Shown piece by piece: positions 40,860-54,206 of a DNA stretch of 64,000 nucleotides. Under the pieces are notes generated by a model. It was not told the origin of the DNA and did not search any database. It saw only the letters and a program-made list of their open reading frames with translations. Source of the DNA: Octopus sinensis (taxonomy: Eukaryota); contig NC_043000.1 of NCBI RefSeq assembly GCF_006345805.1, positions 38,874,001 to 38,938,000 of the forward strand. Direction: 5' to 3'. Within the stretch, counting starts at the first letter, position 1; each line of letters begins with the position of its first letter. The position numbers and the translations under genes are program-made.

Positions 40860-41730
40860 CCTGACCCAAAATTAAAGAATATGAACTCCATTATGGTTAT
40901 GATATAACAAGCTTACGCAAAGTAGTCACCCTCAGCTTCAACTACGGCCTCAAGATGGTTGCGGTATCTGGCGCCTACGTTTCTCACTGTGTTCCTGGGA
41001 AGATGTTCGAATACCTCGTCAACTAGCTTGGTGTTGCCGGCAGAGCGGTTGGTTTCTTTCAATTGTGACCCACACATAGTAATCCATGGTAATACTAGAT
41101 TATTTGATAACCAGTTGATATAGCAAGCGGCTCCACGTGTAGTGAGCCGGGCCGGTGCTCAATTATGCTTTCGAGATGTAGGCCCCAAAACGGCGCGCTT
41201 TCTCTCCTAATAACCACATACATTTGCTGGCTTCTGGTATGCGGAGCTCCCGAGTAGTAGCACCTGTATGCGTATGCTGCTTCCAAAACATCTATAGGAT
41301 TACTATGTTTGGGGCGGGGGAAATAGGCCAGGAATTGAGGTTGGGAAAATTATAGAAATTCTCATAGAAATTCTCTGACTACAACTTCTGACACTTCCCA
41401 GAGGTATGGCAAAAAAGTGAAACCTACTGTCACTGATGTGGTCTTCCAGCAGCTTTACATAGTTGTCTGAATTGACCCTAAGACCACGTTCAAAAATGTG
41501 GAGAGGAATTCCGAAGTTCCGATACAGAACGTGTTGTGGTTCACTTTCCATCGGACATGGCTTCGTTCTTTCAGTTGCAGCTGTTCATGTCACCTTTCAC
41601 AGCCGTTACACTACACACAGAGCGCTGGATAGCAACCACGGTGTCGGCACTTTGATACCCGTCGCAAATCATCAGGACACTAGGCAAGGCGCCTTCAGAA
41701 ATATACATATATATTCAAAATTTGAAACCA
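40860..41730 (-). mobile_element. Decayed Tc1/mariner-superfamily (maT/DD37D-like) transposon
   Basis: PLHIFERGLRVNSDNYVKLL, PMDYYVW and RYRNHLEAVVEAEGDYF* peptides. Interrupted by an unrelated insert at about 41096-41294. Confidence 0.65.
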
Positions 41731-41929
41731 ATATATGTGTATGTATGTATGTTTGTATGTATGTATGTTTGTATTCATGTATGCATGCATGCATGTATGT
41801 ATGCACGTATGCATGTATGCATGTATGCATGCATGCATGTATGTATGCATGTATGTATGCGAGCATGCATGTATGTATATGTATGAATGTGTCTATATAT
41901 ATACATAAAAGTATGCATGGGCATTTATC

Positions 41930-42150
41930 TGTAGGTAGATATGTAGGTAGGTAGGTAGGTAGGTAGGTAGGTAGATAGGTATGTAGGTAGGTATGTAGGT
42001 TGGTTGGTAGGTAGGTAGGTAGGTAGGTAGGTAGGTAGGTAGGTAGGTAGGTAGATAGGTAGGTAGGTAGGTAGGTAGGTAGGTAGGTAAGTAGGTAGGT
42101 AGGTAGGTTGGTTGGTAGATTGGTAGGTAAGTAGGTACGTATGTAGGTAT
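41930..42150. repeat. (TAGG)n microsatellite, preceded by an (ATGC/ATGT)n tract
   Basis: Direct observation. Confidence 0.95.
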
Positions 42151-42151
42151 G

Positions 42152-42820
42152 CCTGTGAACCAGTGAATCAGCGTATGAAAGAAGAGGCATTATACTGGTC
42201 ACCAGATAGATGTACCAAGCAGTTGTATTGCGTCCACTTCTGTGCGTCTGTGAGAGATGGACGGTTTATGAACGCCACGCCAAAACACGTGACTGCTTCC
42301 ACACGAAGTGCTTGGTATCCTCTCTCGAGGTAATCTGCCAAGCATGTACACATTGCTGAGGAGAGCTCAAATCAAGTGGACAGGTCACTGAAATTGTCTC
42401 CAACACGCCTCCCAAAGACCCTATTTTACAGGGAACTGGCGGAAGGCAAGCCCACGCAAATAGAACAGATAAAACTTCAAAGATACACTTAAAACCTTAC
42501 GAAAGAGTTTTGAAATCAACCCCGGCACCTGGGAAACACAAGCGCAAACCCACAATGTCTGGCAGATGCTGCAATGTATGCAGCATCTGAGGTGCCACCT
42601 CATACCAACAGGACAGGATTGCAAGAGCACAGGGCAAACTCAAACTACGCCAGTCCAGAGACAACTTCTTGCCTTCATTCCCAACAGACCAGCAGTGCCC
42701 AACCTGTAGAGCAGAGCCCTCTGAGCCCACATCGAACTGATTGGCAACAACCGGACACACCATATTTTTTCTCATATGTCATGTACTTGGTCATCGCCGA
42801 CACCTTCAGACGAACTAGTG
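42152..42820 (+). mobile_element. 3' fragment of an RTE-clade LINE
   Basis: YQAVVLRPLL..CERWTVYERHAK, AQIKWTGH, RLPKTLFYRELAEG, FKDTLK and a terminal CPTCRA..HIELI zinc-finger-like remnant. Confidence 0.8.
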
Positions 42821-43442
42821 AGGTTTGCATTTACTCATGCATGTATGGGTCTTCATATGTATGTATACATGTAGGCATGCATATGTACATTTATGTACGT
42901 ATTATGCATGTATGTATGCAAGTATGTGTGTATCTATATAACCATGTTCTTATGCATGTATGTATATAAGGCATGCTGTGTACCGACAAGTCTTATAAGA
43001 GAGTGACTAACCTGGAAACTAAAGATGCAAGTGCGACTCAAGATGCTAGACAAGTGCCAGAGATTTTCTGAGCTGTATGAGGAGAGGCCTGACATCTTTC
43101 TCGGGTGGGAACAGGAAACAACAACGGACCACATTGCAAAACTTCTCTTGAAGACCCTGTTTCCCCAGCAATTATCCATGTGCAAAAGTGCGCAGGTATG
43201 TATGAATGTGTGCATATATTTACACATGTATGTATGTGTGTAAGTATACATTGATATCTATACATATATATATAATATATTATAATATATGCATATATAT
43301 ATATGTATATATATATATAATATGCATATATATATATACACATATAGGTATATAATACATGTATATATATACACATGCATATACTGACACACATATATAT
43401 ACATATATACGTATGCATATACATATATATATAGAATATAAA

Positions 43443-43475
<33 letters not shown>

Positions 43476-43529
43476 ATATTATATATATATTATAAAACAA
43501 ATATATATATATATATATAACAAATATAT

Positions 43530-44040
43530 ATTAATCCAGACGGGTAGAAATATAGGAAAAACAGAAGTTAAAAATGCACTGAGAATAGGTAAAATATTGT
43601 TTTATTAAAATATTTGAAGCTTTAACCGGTTTCACAGTTCACACTGATTTTCGAAAGGTTCAGATAGAAAGACGTGACTTATGTTGCAGCTGTCTGGATT
43701 CTGATTAGTGTTTGAAGTTTGCCCTGTTTTTATTGAGAGTTCTGACTCAAATTAGTATATGCTTTGAAGAGGATTTGATTGGTAGAGGATAGTCACATAA
43801 CAGGTCTCAGAAATTTTGATATTTATATATGGGCTTACCCTGGGATTAATCTGGGGTTTCACGTCCATAAAGCGCTTAGCTTTACGGCGTATCGTCAGAT
43901 CCCAAAACCTCCCCCATATTCTAGAGAGACCACTCGCTATAGAGGCCTTAAGCCAATAGGTTTTGGGATCAGATGATACCCGTAGAGCTAAGTGCATTAT
44001 GGACGTGAAACCCCAGATTAATCCCATAAACCAACCTCAT
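43530..44040. mobile_element. Penelope-like terminal remnants including a fold-back (43841-44026) with a hammerhead motif in each arm
   Basis: The minus arm reads tgggat-CTGACGA-t-[long helix II]-GAAA-ccccagat-TA-atccca. The plus arm is the same with a CAGATGA core. (TA)n flanks. Confidence 0.7.
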
Positions 44041-44349
44041 ATAATTATATATATATATATATAATACAGTTCTCACGGTCATACTAAAATTCTTACCATC
44101 CAGTGTGTGTTTATGAGCACAAACACGTATATAATGCGCCTGTGTATATTGGTGTATATATTTTGTAATACAATTCAAATGAAAATATGTTTGTCTATAT
44201 ATGAGGCACACTCTGTACGCGATGCATGGATAAATTTAGACTTACACACGCACTCACATCCCATTGCGTTCGCAGTGCATTATGTATGTATGTATGTATG
44301 TATGTAATGTATGTATGATGTATGTATGTATGTATGTATATATATATAT

Positions 44350-44392
<43 letters not shown>

Positions 44393-44965
44393 TATTCTGT
44401 TGTTATTAATATTACTATTGTTACTAATCACTAGATGTTACAAAGTTGCTCATTACGAAGCTCTTAGTCCTTCAATCATTATAATTTTAGCTATATCTAA
44501 TATAATAAATGCGCAAACTAATTTCTGTGTGTCAGTGTGTCACACTTAAACTCCCTCTCTCACTCTTCAGTAACACTCCTACTGGTCCTCATGATAGGGT
44601 CAGAGTAATAGTAGGTATAGGTGAGGGCGGTGGCGAAGACAGCGAGAGAGAGAGAAAAAGGAAAAAGAGAGAGAGAGAGAAAAAAAGAAAAGAGAGAGAG
44701 AGAGAGCGTGACAAAGAAATTTCGAGAGAGTTGATGATGTTTTATCAAAAGTAGTAGTGTTGATGGTGGCAGTGGGAGTAATAATAAAAGAGAGAGAAAG
44801 AGAGGGTGTTATGTGAGAGAAAGAGGGAGACGATCTACAACTTTGTTTAACCATATCTCTTTGGCAGAAATTCCTGTCGCCAACATACTAAACACTATCA
44901 TTTTTTTTTTTTTTACGTTCTTTAATACATACACACACACACTACGCGCGCACATACACACACAT

Positions 44966-45011
<46 letters not shown>

Positions 45012-45324
45012 CACTTTAATTGAAATAAAGTTTCCCCAAAAATTAAACAAATCTAATATAATAAATGCGAATGTCAATGTGTCACATTTACAACTTTAAT
45101 AAATACTTTCTACCGGAAGCCCAACGCCTCAGATTTTGGGGGAAAGGATTTAGTCGATTACATCGATCCCAGTACGTGATGGGTACTAATTTTATTGACC
45201 CCGAAAGGATGAAAGGCAAAGTCGACCACGGCAGAATTCGAACTTAAAACCTAACATCAAACGAAATACCGCTAAAAATTTCGCCCGGCGTGTCAACTAT
45301 TCTGCCAGATCGTCACCTTAATAT

Positions 45325-45816
45325 AATATAATATTATAAATGTGAATGCCAGTGTCTCAGCGTGTTACACTTTTTGAACTTTACTCCTAGTGGCCGTAGC
45401 TCGACATATCGTACCATTTTAGAATCAGGCTGATTCCTTGAGTAAATTAAGAATATTCCGGGCCGAATCCGGACCCACAATCCTGAAATTTGGGATTCCC
45501 AAGTCTTCCTTACTGTGACTGTTTTCGGCAATTCTTTTATGTGACTTTTTGCGACAAATTTGTTTGTATGATAACAATTTATATAATCTAAAGACCAACT
45601 CCGTGAGCAAATTAACGACATTCCTGGTCGAATCCGCGATTGTTTTCGGCGATAATTTTACATGTCTTTTTGCGACGAATAGGATAATCATCGGGATATG
45701 ACCCCGGAGGAAGCAATTGCAAAAATTCTCCAAAAGTCAGAGATTTTTTCCAGATTTTTCCATCAGGGTCACTTGCTTAAAAGCCATGCCGCCCTATCGG
45801 GCGGCTTTTAGGCTGG
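45325..45816 (+). mobile_element. Non-autonomous Helitron-like element with internal ~120-bp imperfect repeat
   Basis: 5' taatattataaatgtgaatg, 3' GC hairpin gccgccc-tatc-gggcggc then CTGG. Similar 5' ends at about 44495 and 45052. Confidence 0.5.
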
Positions 45817-45857
45817 CTTATATATATATATATATATATAATATATATATATATATA

Positions 45858-46413
45858 CGAGGGTGAGTCCAAAAGTATTGCCATTTTGTTTAGGACACGT
45901 ATAATTACCAATACAGAAACATGTGTCATACTTCAAAACGGAGCTGGTCCTCCGTGGATTACATCCCTACTTCTCAACATAGTCACCGTTTCTCACAATA
46001 GCAATGTTCCACCTCCGAATGAGAGTATGTAACCCTGCCCCGTAAAATTCTGTTCACTGTTCTTCACTACAGTCTTCACTTCCTCGCCACTGGAATAATG
46101 TTTGCCTATTCAAACCCTCTTTCATGGGGCTGAAGAGATGATAGTGTGAAGGCGCTAAATTATACCAGTGATGAGGAAGTGAAAACTGTAGGGAAGAAAT
46201 GGCTCAAAGGACAGTGAACAGAATTTTACGGGACAGGGATACATGCTCTCGTTCGAAGGTGGAACATTGCTGTTGAGAGAAACGATGACTGTGTTAAGAA
46301 GTAGGGATGTGATCCATAGAAGACCAGCTTCATTTTGATGTATAATACATTTTCCTGTCTTAGTAATTATACCTGTCCTAAACAAAATGACATTGCTTTT
46401 TGACTCAGCCTCG
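45858..46413. mobile_element. Palindromic mariner-derived non-autonomous element
   Basis: TA-flanked termini cgagggtgagtccaaaagt / gctttttgactcagcctcg and about 240-bp inverted arms. Encodes LAPSHYHLFSPMKEGL (minus) and SDEEVKTVGKKWL..EFYGTGIHALVRRWNIAVERNDDCVKK* (plus), the mariner C-terminus. Confidence 0.88.
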
Positions 46414-46542
46414 TATATACCATACTTTTTTTTGTATCACAAAATATATACATGCACACATGTACATTTGTGTGTGCAAGTGTGTGTATGTGTATGTGTG
46501 TGTGTTTGTTGGAGTGCATTTATACACATGTATATATATATA

Positions 46543-46575
<33 letters not shown>

Positions 46576-46640
46576 AATATATATATATATGTATATGTAT
46601 ATATGTATATATATATAAATATATATATATATATAGATAT

Positions 46641-46675
<35 letters not shown>

Positions 46676-46685
46676 TACACACACA

Positions 46686-46742
<57 letters not shown>

Positions 46743-47571
46743 ATATAGATCGAAATCTTTTCCGAGCATAAGCCGATGTCTTGGATTCTATGGTGCAAAT
46801 ATGCCCACCACTTTTGTCGGATTGCAAGATGTTTGCAGGATTACTCATTCTCGCCAGCCGGATGAGCTGGAGTTTTGTGAAATTAATCGTTTTGCTCAAA
46901 GACACAACTGATTGGCCGGAACAGTATTCGAAACAATGAGCTTACAATATAGTGTACAACAACATAACCACTGAACCACGCGCATCTCTATATGGATGCA
47001 TACATACACTTATATACACGCATACATACACATACGCACACAAACACACACAGATACGCATATATATATGTGCATGTATGTATATATGATATATGATATG
47101 GATCAGGAACTGTGAACCCTAGAAGGGGAAGTGGTGTCAAGGGTAGTGTTAACTAGGTATAACTTGAAGCTTGGTCAACTACAGCTGGTTCACCCGGGTG
47201 AGAATGGGGCAAGGGGCGACTGACTAATTTTGAAAGACCCAAAACATGCAAGTAGTTCAAGAAACATCTTTAAAGATGTGCCCAGTTGCATTCCAGGACC
47301 CCATGTATGAAATATAGATACACGAGGACGTGGTGGAAATTTCCAACCTGTTGGTAAAAAGAAATAGAGGGGGATCAGTTAATTATGATTTTATTAAACA
47401 TATCTCCCTCTCAGATACACTCACTTATTGTCGCGATCCTTTAGTTTTTCCCCGTAAAAGAAGTTGCCTGGCTGGGCCTCCAGCGGGTCCTTTCTCGATA
47501 TCCTTAAGGCCAGGAAATATTCACCAACCTGATGCTTATCTATCTACCTATATATATATTTAAGTAACAGA

Positions 47572-47737
47572 ACGTATAAATGTATACACACACACACTGT
47601 ACGCAATGCATAAACAAACACATATGTATATTATACATAGATACCCACATATAGTTACACGCATATTTATACAAGGATAAACACATACAATACACAGATA
47701 TATATATATATTTATATATATATATGTGTGTGTGTGT

Positions 47738-47770
<33 letters not shown>

Positions 47771-47987
47771 TATTTGTATGTATGTATGTATGTATGTATG
47801 TATGTATGTATGTATGTATAAACACACATATATATATAAAAATATATATATATATCTGTGTATGTATGTGTATGTATTTATCCTTGTATAAATATGCGTG
47901 TAACTATATGTGGGTATCTATGTATAATATACATATGTGTTTGTTTATGCATATGCGTACAGTGTGTGTGTGTATACATTTATACGT
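47572..47987. repeat. About 415-bp imperfect palindrome
   Basis: acgtataaatgtatac...gatacccacatatagttacacgcatatttatacaaggataaa is reverse-complemented at the right end. The centre is CATA/TA/TATG. Confidence 0.92.
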
Positions 47988-48757
47988 GCATGATGGAAGT
48001 GTATTAAGCTAAACGCTTTACTTTCGTATAAATGCACATTCGTCCCATGGTGTCCACATACATCGCATGCAATCACAGTTTTATTACAACAATCAATTTA
48101 ACTCAGCGCTTATAATCACAAGAAAGGCCTGCTTATGTAGCCTCAACATATATATATAATTAACATTGTAAATATACATCCTTATACCTCATAACAAATA
48201 TTTTCACACACAAACATGCAGTTCTACAAACAGGAAATTTCTCATAGAGCAATAAAATGCCTGTATAGTGGCGCCACCGTACGTTCGTTGTATACAACTA
48301 CTGTGAGAGAATGCAATAGTTATTCTTTATGTAAATTCAGGAAAATAGCTATACAAATATATTGTGTGTAGCTAGCACGTCTCACAAGTTGTTTGGTTAT
48401 TTGTGAGACTCATTCGTGGAGTAGACATATATAAGTATTTGCTATTACAGGCGATTTCTTTGCCGAGTAACATTATATAGACGTCAAAGTTGATTACGAA
48501 AATGGAAAAGAAGACTTAGAAGAAAAAAAAAACAACAAAAAAACGCACCTAATATATTTGTTATGTTCGCCAGATTACGTATGTATGTGTGTTTATATGT
48601 ATTTGCAGACGAATGTATGAATGCGTGTATGCATATGCAATTATATATATATATGTGTGTGTGTGTGTATGTGTGTCTGTGTCTGTGTATGTATGCATGC
48701 ATGTATGTATATATACACACAGACACAAACATCCATCCATACATCCATATAAAATAT

Positions 48758-48813
<56 letters not shown>

Positions 48814-49693
48814 AACACTTCACTAACACACAAGCATAGATGCAGGCAGATATGTGTTTGTGTGTGTGTGTGTGTATGTGCCCGTCGCTGCGTGTGTTTG
48901 CATAAGTGTATGTGTGCGATTATACACGAATTATTCTGTGTATGTAAGCATGTATGTATATTGTTTAGATTTCATTCACATCGATTCAGTAATCATTCCT
49001 CTCTTCATCATTTAATTCCTCTCTCTATCGCTCTCTTTCATCCGCTTTCACTATCACTCTCTCAGTCTCTCTCTCTCTATATATATATATGTGTGTGTGT
49101 GTTGTGTGTGTGTGTGTGTGTACATATATTTCTCCCGCATTCTTCTATCTCTGTCTTTCTATAATATATCTGTTTCACGCATCTTATATATCTATTCCTC
49201 CCGCTCTCTCTCCTACCCTCCTTTCCTCTCTACCTTTCTCCCTCCGCTCTCTCTCTCTCTCTCTCTCAAACACACACTTTCCACAAATAAACACATTCAT
49301 ATAATCTGCTTATCCATTCATAGCTAAATCCATCCAGCTTTCCATCAATGAAGTCCCCCAACTCATTCCGTATGTTCGTTTATCTATTCCAGCATTCCCT
49401 CAATCCATCGCCTTCATTAAGTTCACGTCTACACGCGTGCTATATGCAGTTGCTGTAGTATTTATTATTAGGGAATATTATTCCAAGATTCCAAATTATT
49501 TTTTTTCTTCTTTTCTTGCCAATTTGTGGCAAGGAAATTGATCATCATCATGATTATAGACAATCTATATTCATACTTGCACACAAACTCACACACCCAG
49601 ACACTCACACATACTCACACACATATGTAGGTGTGTGTGTGTGTGTGTGTATAAATATATAAATATATACATGCACGGGCACACATATGTATA

Positions 49694-49780
<87 letters not shown>

Positions 49781-49902
49781 TTATCAAAGCATATGTATGC
49801 TTCGATACATATATATATCACATACATGCGTACGCATAAATATGTGTATGTCTGCGTCGTGTGCTTACGCTTGTCACTACTGACATATATATATATATAT
49901 AT

Positions 49903-49950
<48 letters not shown>

Positions 49951-50129
49951 ATATAAATATATGAGTGTCTGTGTGTGTGTACGCACAGTTGTGTATTTAA
50001 CTAAGTGAGAATCATGTATTCAACCAACAAAAATTATATAAAAGTTCGACCTCGTAAAGATAGAGAAAAATCACATTACTTTTTATCCTCATTGATTTTG
50101 TTTTATCTATGTACTTCCATCGATGTATA

Positions 50130-50190
<61 letters not shown>

Positions 50191-50425
50191 ATATACATAT
50201 ATATATACATATATATACTTATTTATATACACATATATATATGTATACATATATATATATATATGCATACATATATACATATACATATTTATATACATTA
50301 TATGTGTGTGTATATATATATGCATGTATATATTTGTGTAATCTATGTATATATTTATGTACGTATAAAGGTAAATAGATAAATAAATAAAGAGGTAGAT
50401 ATGCATACAGACACAGACACAGACT

Positions 50426-50466
<41 letters not shown>

Positions 50467-50609
50467 GTATGTACATGTATATTATTTATACATACATACA
50501 AATATGCATATATATATATATATACATATGCATATATATAAATATACATATACACATATATGTGTGTATGTATGTATTTATGTATATATATATATATATA
50601 TTATATATA

Positions 50610-50643
<34 letters not shown>

Positions 50644-51299
50644 TACAAATTAACTACCAGAATTTGTCGATGCCGTGATGCATCTAGTTACGTCCCTTTG
50701 TGTTACGTGTTCAATCCTTACCGGTTCCACTTCTAACTTTCTCCTTCTAATGTCGACATTATGTCGGTTGTGAAAACCGAGGGAGATTATTACTGCTGCA
50801 TCTTAATATAGAGATAAAATCCTTATTTTTAGTTTTATTTTAAAATAGTAAAATGCAAGATTCGGTGGAGCCGCAGGAAAATGCGTGGTGGTCGTCGGGT
50901 CCCAAAATCTAACTAATTGATGTTACCCTTCATCGGTTTGAGATCGATGGAGGTGTACCAATGTCACACTGTGGTTAGTAGAAATCACTGCACACTTCAT
51001 TAATATAGCTTTGCTGTGGTTGATTTGTGGTTGTTGTTGCTGTTGTAGTTCTTCCCTATGATGATGATGATGATGATGATGATGAGAAAGAGGAGGAGGA
51101 TGACAACGACGACGACGACGATGTTATTATTATTATTGATTGTTAAAGCGAGCTGGTAGAATCGTTAGCACGCCGGTACTGAAGTCGAGTTAATCCCTGG
51201 GATTGCTGGCCTTGTGCCAAAATTGAGAAAGTGTTATCATTGACTGTTAAGCAAAACTGTGTTACATTTGGAAGCAATGTCCTTAATACCAGATCACAA

Positions 51300-51812
51300 C
51301 GAGTTTTTTCTTCGATATAGAGACTTTTTCTCAAACAATCATTGCTTTAAGTAACAGAACAGATTTTTGTACTAAAGCAACTCTCGCAGTTAAACCGGCT
51401 TCAGTAAAGATACTACTAAGTCTAGTGATAGCTGTATCCAGGGCGCCTGGACTTTCACAGAAACTCTACACAGTCTTTGCATTTCCCTAAGCTAAACCTT
51501 GGTATTTCCCTATTTTCTCCTTTTCCCAAGCCACTAAATTTACGCCAAATGTTTTTGACATCCTGTCCAGAATGATAACATCTGGTCGTTTTGCTTGAAT
51601 CTGATGGTCAGGCTGTACAGTAACTTATTCTGCATCAGGAGTACTCCATCAGTCAAGTTCTCACATACTTAATAAACTACCTCTACGCTTAGTGCATTTC
51701 ACCCTAATTTTCCATTTCTTTCGCCTCGTCCTTTATCTAAATACCCACGCAGATAGTTATCCGTCCTTATAACGTTACCTTCCTCAGTACCTGTGTGACT
51801 CATAACAGAAAC
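51300..51812 (-). mobile_element. Old degenerate R4-like LINE fragment
   Basis: VQPDHQIQAKRPDVIILD and EKEKIGKYQGLA peptides. Confidence 0.65.
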
Positions 51813-51862
<50 letters not shown>

Positions 51863-51866
<4 letters not shown>

Positions 51867-53392
51867 GTTTTTTCCTTCTTTCTTCAAATTTTCTTCCGTT
51901 TCTCGCCGAGTGTTTTCCATACACCTAGGGTAGAGAAGCTCCTTGTATGCATTCCCAGCTTACACATGCAAATTCACAGATAAAATATGTATTTAAAAAT
52001 TAATAAATAAATAAATTCATGGATGGATGTTGATTTCACAGCGATAATGCTCTTCTCAGTACATGAGCCGTTCCAGTTAATACGATTTTTTGCACTTCCT
52101 GTAGGGATGGTAAGCCTGGAATCATTTTCAAATAGGTTTCACTACATTTTTTTATCATTCCTAGAGATCCTACAATCACTGGTACTGTAGTCGCCTTGAT
52201 ATGCCACCTTTTTTCAATTTCTATTAACAGGTATTTATATTTACTAATCTTGTCAAATTCTTTCGCCACTATATTGTGATCGCAAGGGATACTCATGTCA
52301 ATTAATAAACAAATCTTTTTTGTCTGATCTTTTATAATAAAATCCGGTTTATTAGCTTTTATAGACTTGTCGGTCTGTACGGAGAAGTCCCATAGAATCG
52401 ACACATTTTCTCCCTCAGTCACAGCTTCAGGATGGTGTTTACACCATTTATCAGCGGTTTTGATTTTATAATACCGACATATTGTCCAATGTAAATACTG
52501 GCCGACTCTGTCATGTCTTGCTTTATATTCTGCAGGTGCTAAGACTCTACACCCAGAGATTAGGTGGTCTATTGTTTCAATCTCATCCTTACAGAATCGG
52601 CATTTTGGGTCAGCTCCATTTTTTATCACGTTGGCTTGGTAGTTCCGGGTTAATAAGCTTTGGTCTTGAGCAGCTAATATGAAACCTTCACTCTCTGCTT
52701 TTAGCCCTGAGCTTCGTAACCATTGGTACGTGTGTTTCTGGTCGACATCAGCTTGTTTGCTACGGGCCACATACTTGCCATGGAGAGGTTTCTGTTCCCA
52801 TCTGCTAGCTAAATTTTCATGTGCTTTTGTCTTTGCAATTAATCTTATTTTCTTTGCAGCTGCAGTTGGCGCATTCCTTCAGCCTGATCCATCTGGTGGG
52901 TATCTAAGAGATCAGTAGCGAATTTTTTGCTCTCTTTGAGAATAGAGTGAAGTTTTTTCGGTCTTTCATGTTTTTCAAGAAGTTTTAGCATCCAATCGTT
53001 GGTTGCTTCACGGTATTTGGCCAGTCCGATTGTGGTGGTTTTGTATGTAAGTTCAAGCTGGATCAAACCTCGACCTCCCTGACCTCTGTGAAGGTAAAGG
53101 CGATCCACGTCTGCCTTTGGATTGTGCATCTTATTACAAGTCAGTAGCTTGCGGATTTTCTGTCAATTTTCATTATATCACTGGTATTCCAGTTAAGCAC
53201 ATTGAAGCTATAAAGAACAACTGGTACTGCTAAGGAATTTATGGCTAACACCTTATTATATGCATTCAGCTCAGACTTCAGGACTGCTCGAACTCTTCTA
53301 TAACATTCCTTCCTAATCTTCTCTTTCATGTTTGCATGCTGGATACCAGAGTCTTCATTTATTGCTAGGTATTTATAGGTTTGTTCCTGCTC
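51863..53392 (-). mobile_element. 5'-truncated R4/Dong-clade non-LTR retrotransposon inserted in (TAA)n
   Basis: Frameshifted ORFs 53141-53329, 52845-53129 and 52036-52770. TYKYL RT end, CRFC...DHLISGC CCHC knuckle, RHD, ILWDF, KPD...LID...KISKY endonuclease. (TTA)n on both sides. Confidence 0.93.
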
Positions 53393-53413
53393 AATCTTGA
53401 AGTTTTATTATTA

Positions 53414-53470
<57 letters not shown>

Positions 53471-53471
<1 letters not shown>

Positions 53472-53588
53472 GGTTTTGGCTCAGGCTCGGTCTTATTCCT
53501 GGTAAGATTTCTATGGATAGCGCCTGTAACCTTAAGTATCCACAATTTTTCAGCAGTCTTTCAAGTACTTAGAACCCTCCTGACATCC
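53471..53588 (-). mobile_element. Very short R4-like 3' end
   Basis: VRRVLST* then about 90 nt of UTR running into (TAA)n. Confidence 0.5.
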
Positions 53589-53667
53589 ATTATTATCATC
53601 ATCATTATTATTATTGTGGTTGTTGTCATCGTCATCATCATCATCATCATTATCATTATTATTATTA

Positions 53668-53870
53668 AGGCAGCGAGCTGGCGGAATCGTTAGCAGGCTG
53701 GGCGAAATGTTTAGCAGTATTTCGCCCGTCGCTACGCTCCGATTTCAAATTCCGCCGAGGTCGACTCTCAGGTTCGGTAAATTAAGTACCAGTTGAACAC
53801 TGGGCTCGATGTAATTGACACAACCCCCACTCCTCTAAAATGGTTGCCCTTGGGGCAAAATTTGAAATCA
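53668..53870 (+). mobile_element. SINE family A
   Basis: ggcagcgagctggcggaatcgttagc ... aaaatttgaaa followed by an ATT-type tail. Confidence 0.85.
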
Positions 53871-53891
53871 CCATTATTATTTTTATTATTA

Positions 53892-54069
53892 TTCCTTCGT
53901 GACACAGTGTAGGTAAAACTGCACAGAAGTCTTTAGTCATCTGTCATCACAAGGACCTCAGAGAGGATAATACCTTCCTTAAGATGTGCGCCGTGCTCAA
54001 TAAGGCTGCTTTTTGCAAGACATCAACCTTGCATGGGGTTTCCAGTTGCCTTAAGAAATCTTGAAGTTT
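53892..54069 (-). mobile_element. Short R4-like 3' end
   Basis: KLQDFLRQLETPCKVDVLQKAALLSTAHILRKVLS, UTR, then taataataa. Confidence 0.8.
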
Positions 54070-54093
54070 TATTATTATCATTATTATTATTAT

Positions 54094-54159
<66 letters not shown>

Positions 54160-54206
54160 CATCATTATTATTATTATCATCATCATCATCATCATCATTA
54201 TTATTA

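Noticed and set aside
42965-43200. Non-repetitive ORF MQVRLKMLDK... ending at cag|gtatg
   Set aside because: The donor is simply the start of a TATG repeat, there is no acceptor, and no family is recognised; probably a TE fragment.
43617-43660. Minus-strand tcgaaaa..cag/ctg..GAAAccggTT motif
   Set aside because: Resembles a Penelope-type hammerhead, but core and helix I registers cannot both be satisfied; not called separately.
52036-52770. 244-aa ORF as a host gene
   Set aside because: It is the zinc-knuckle/endonuclease end of a truncated, frameshifted retrotransposon.
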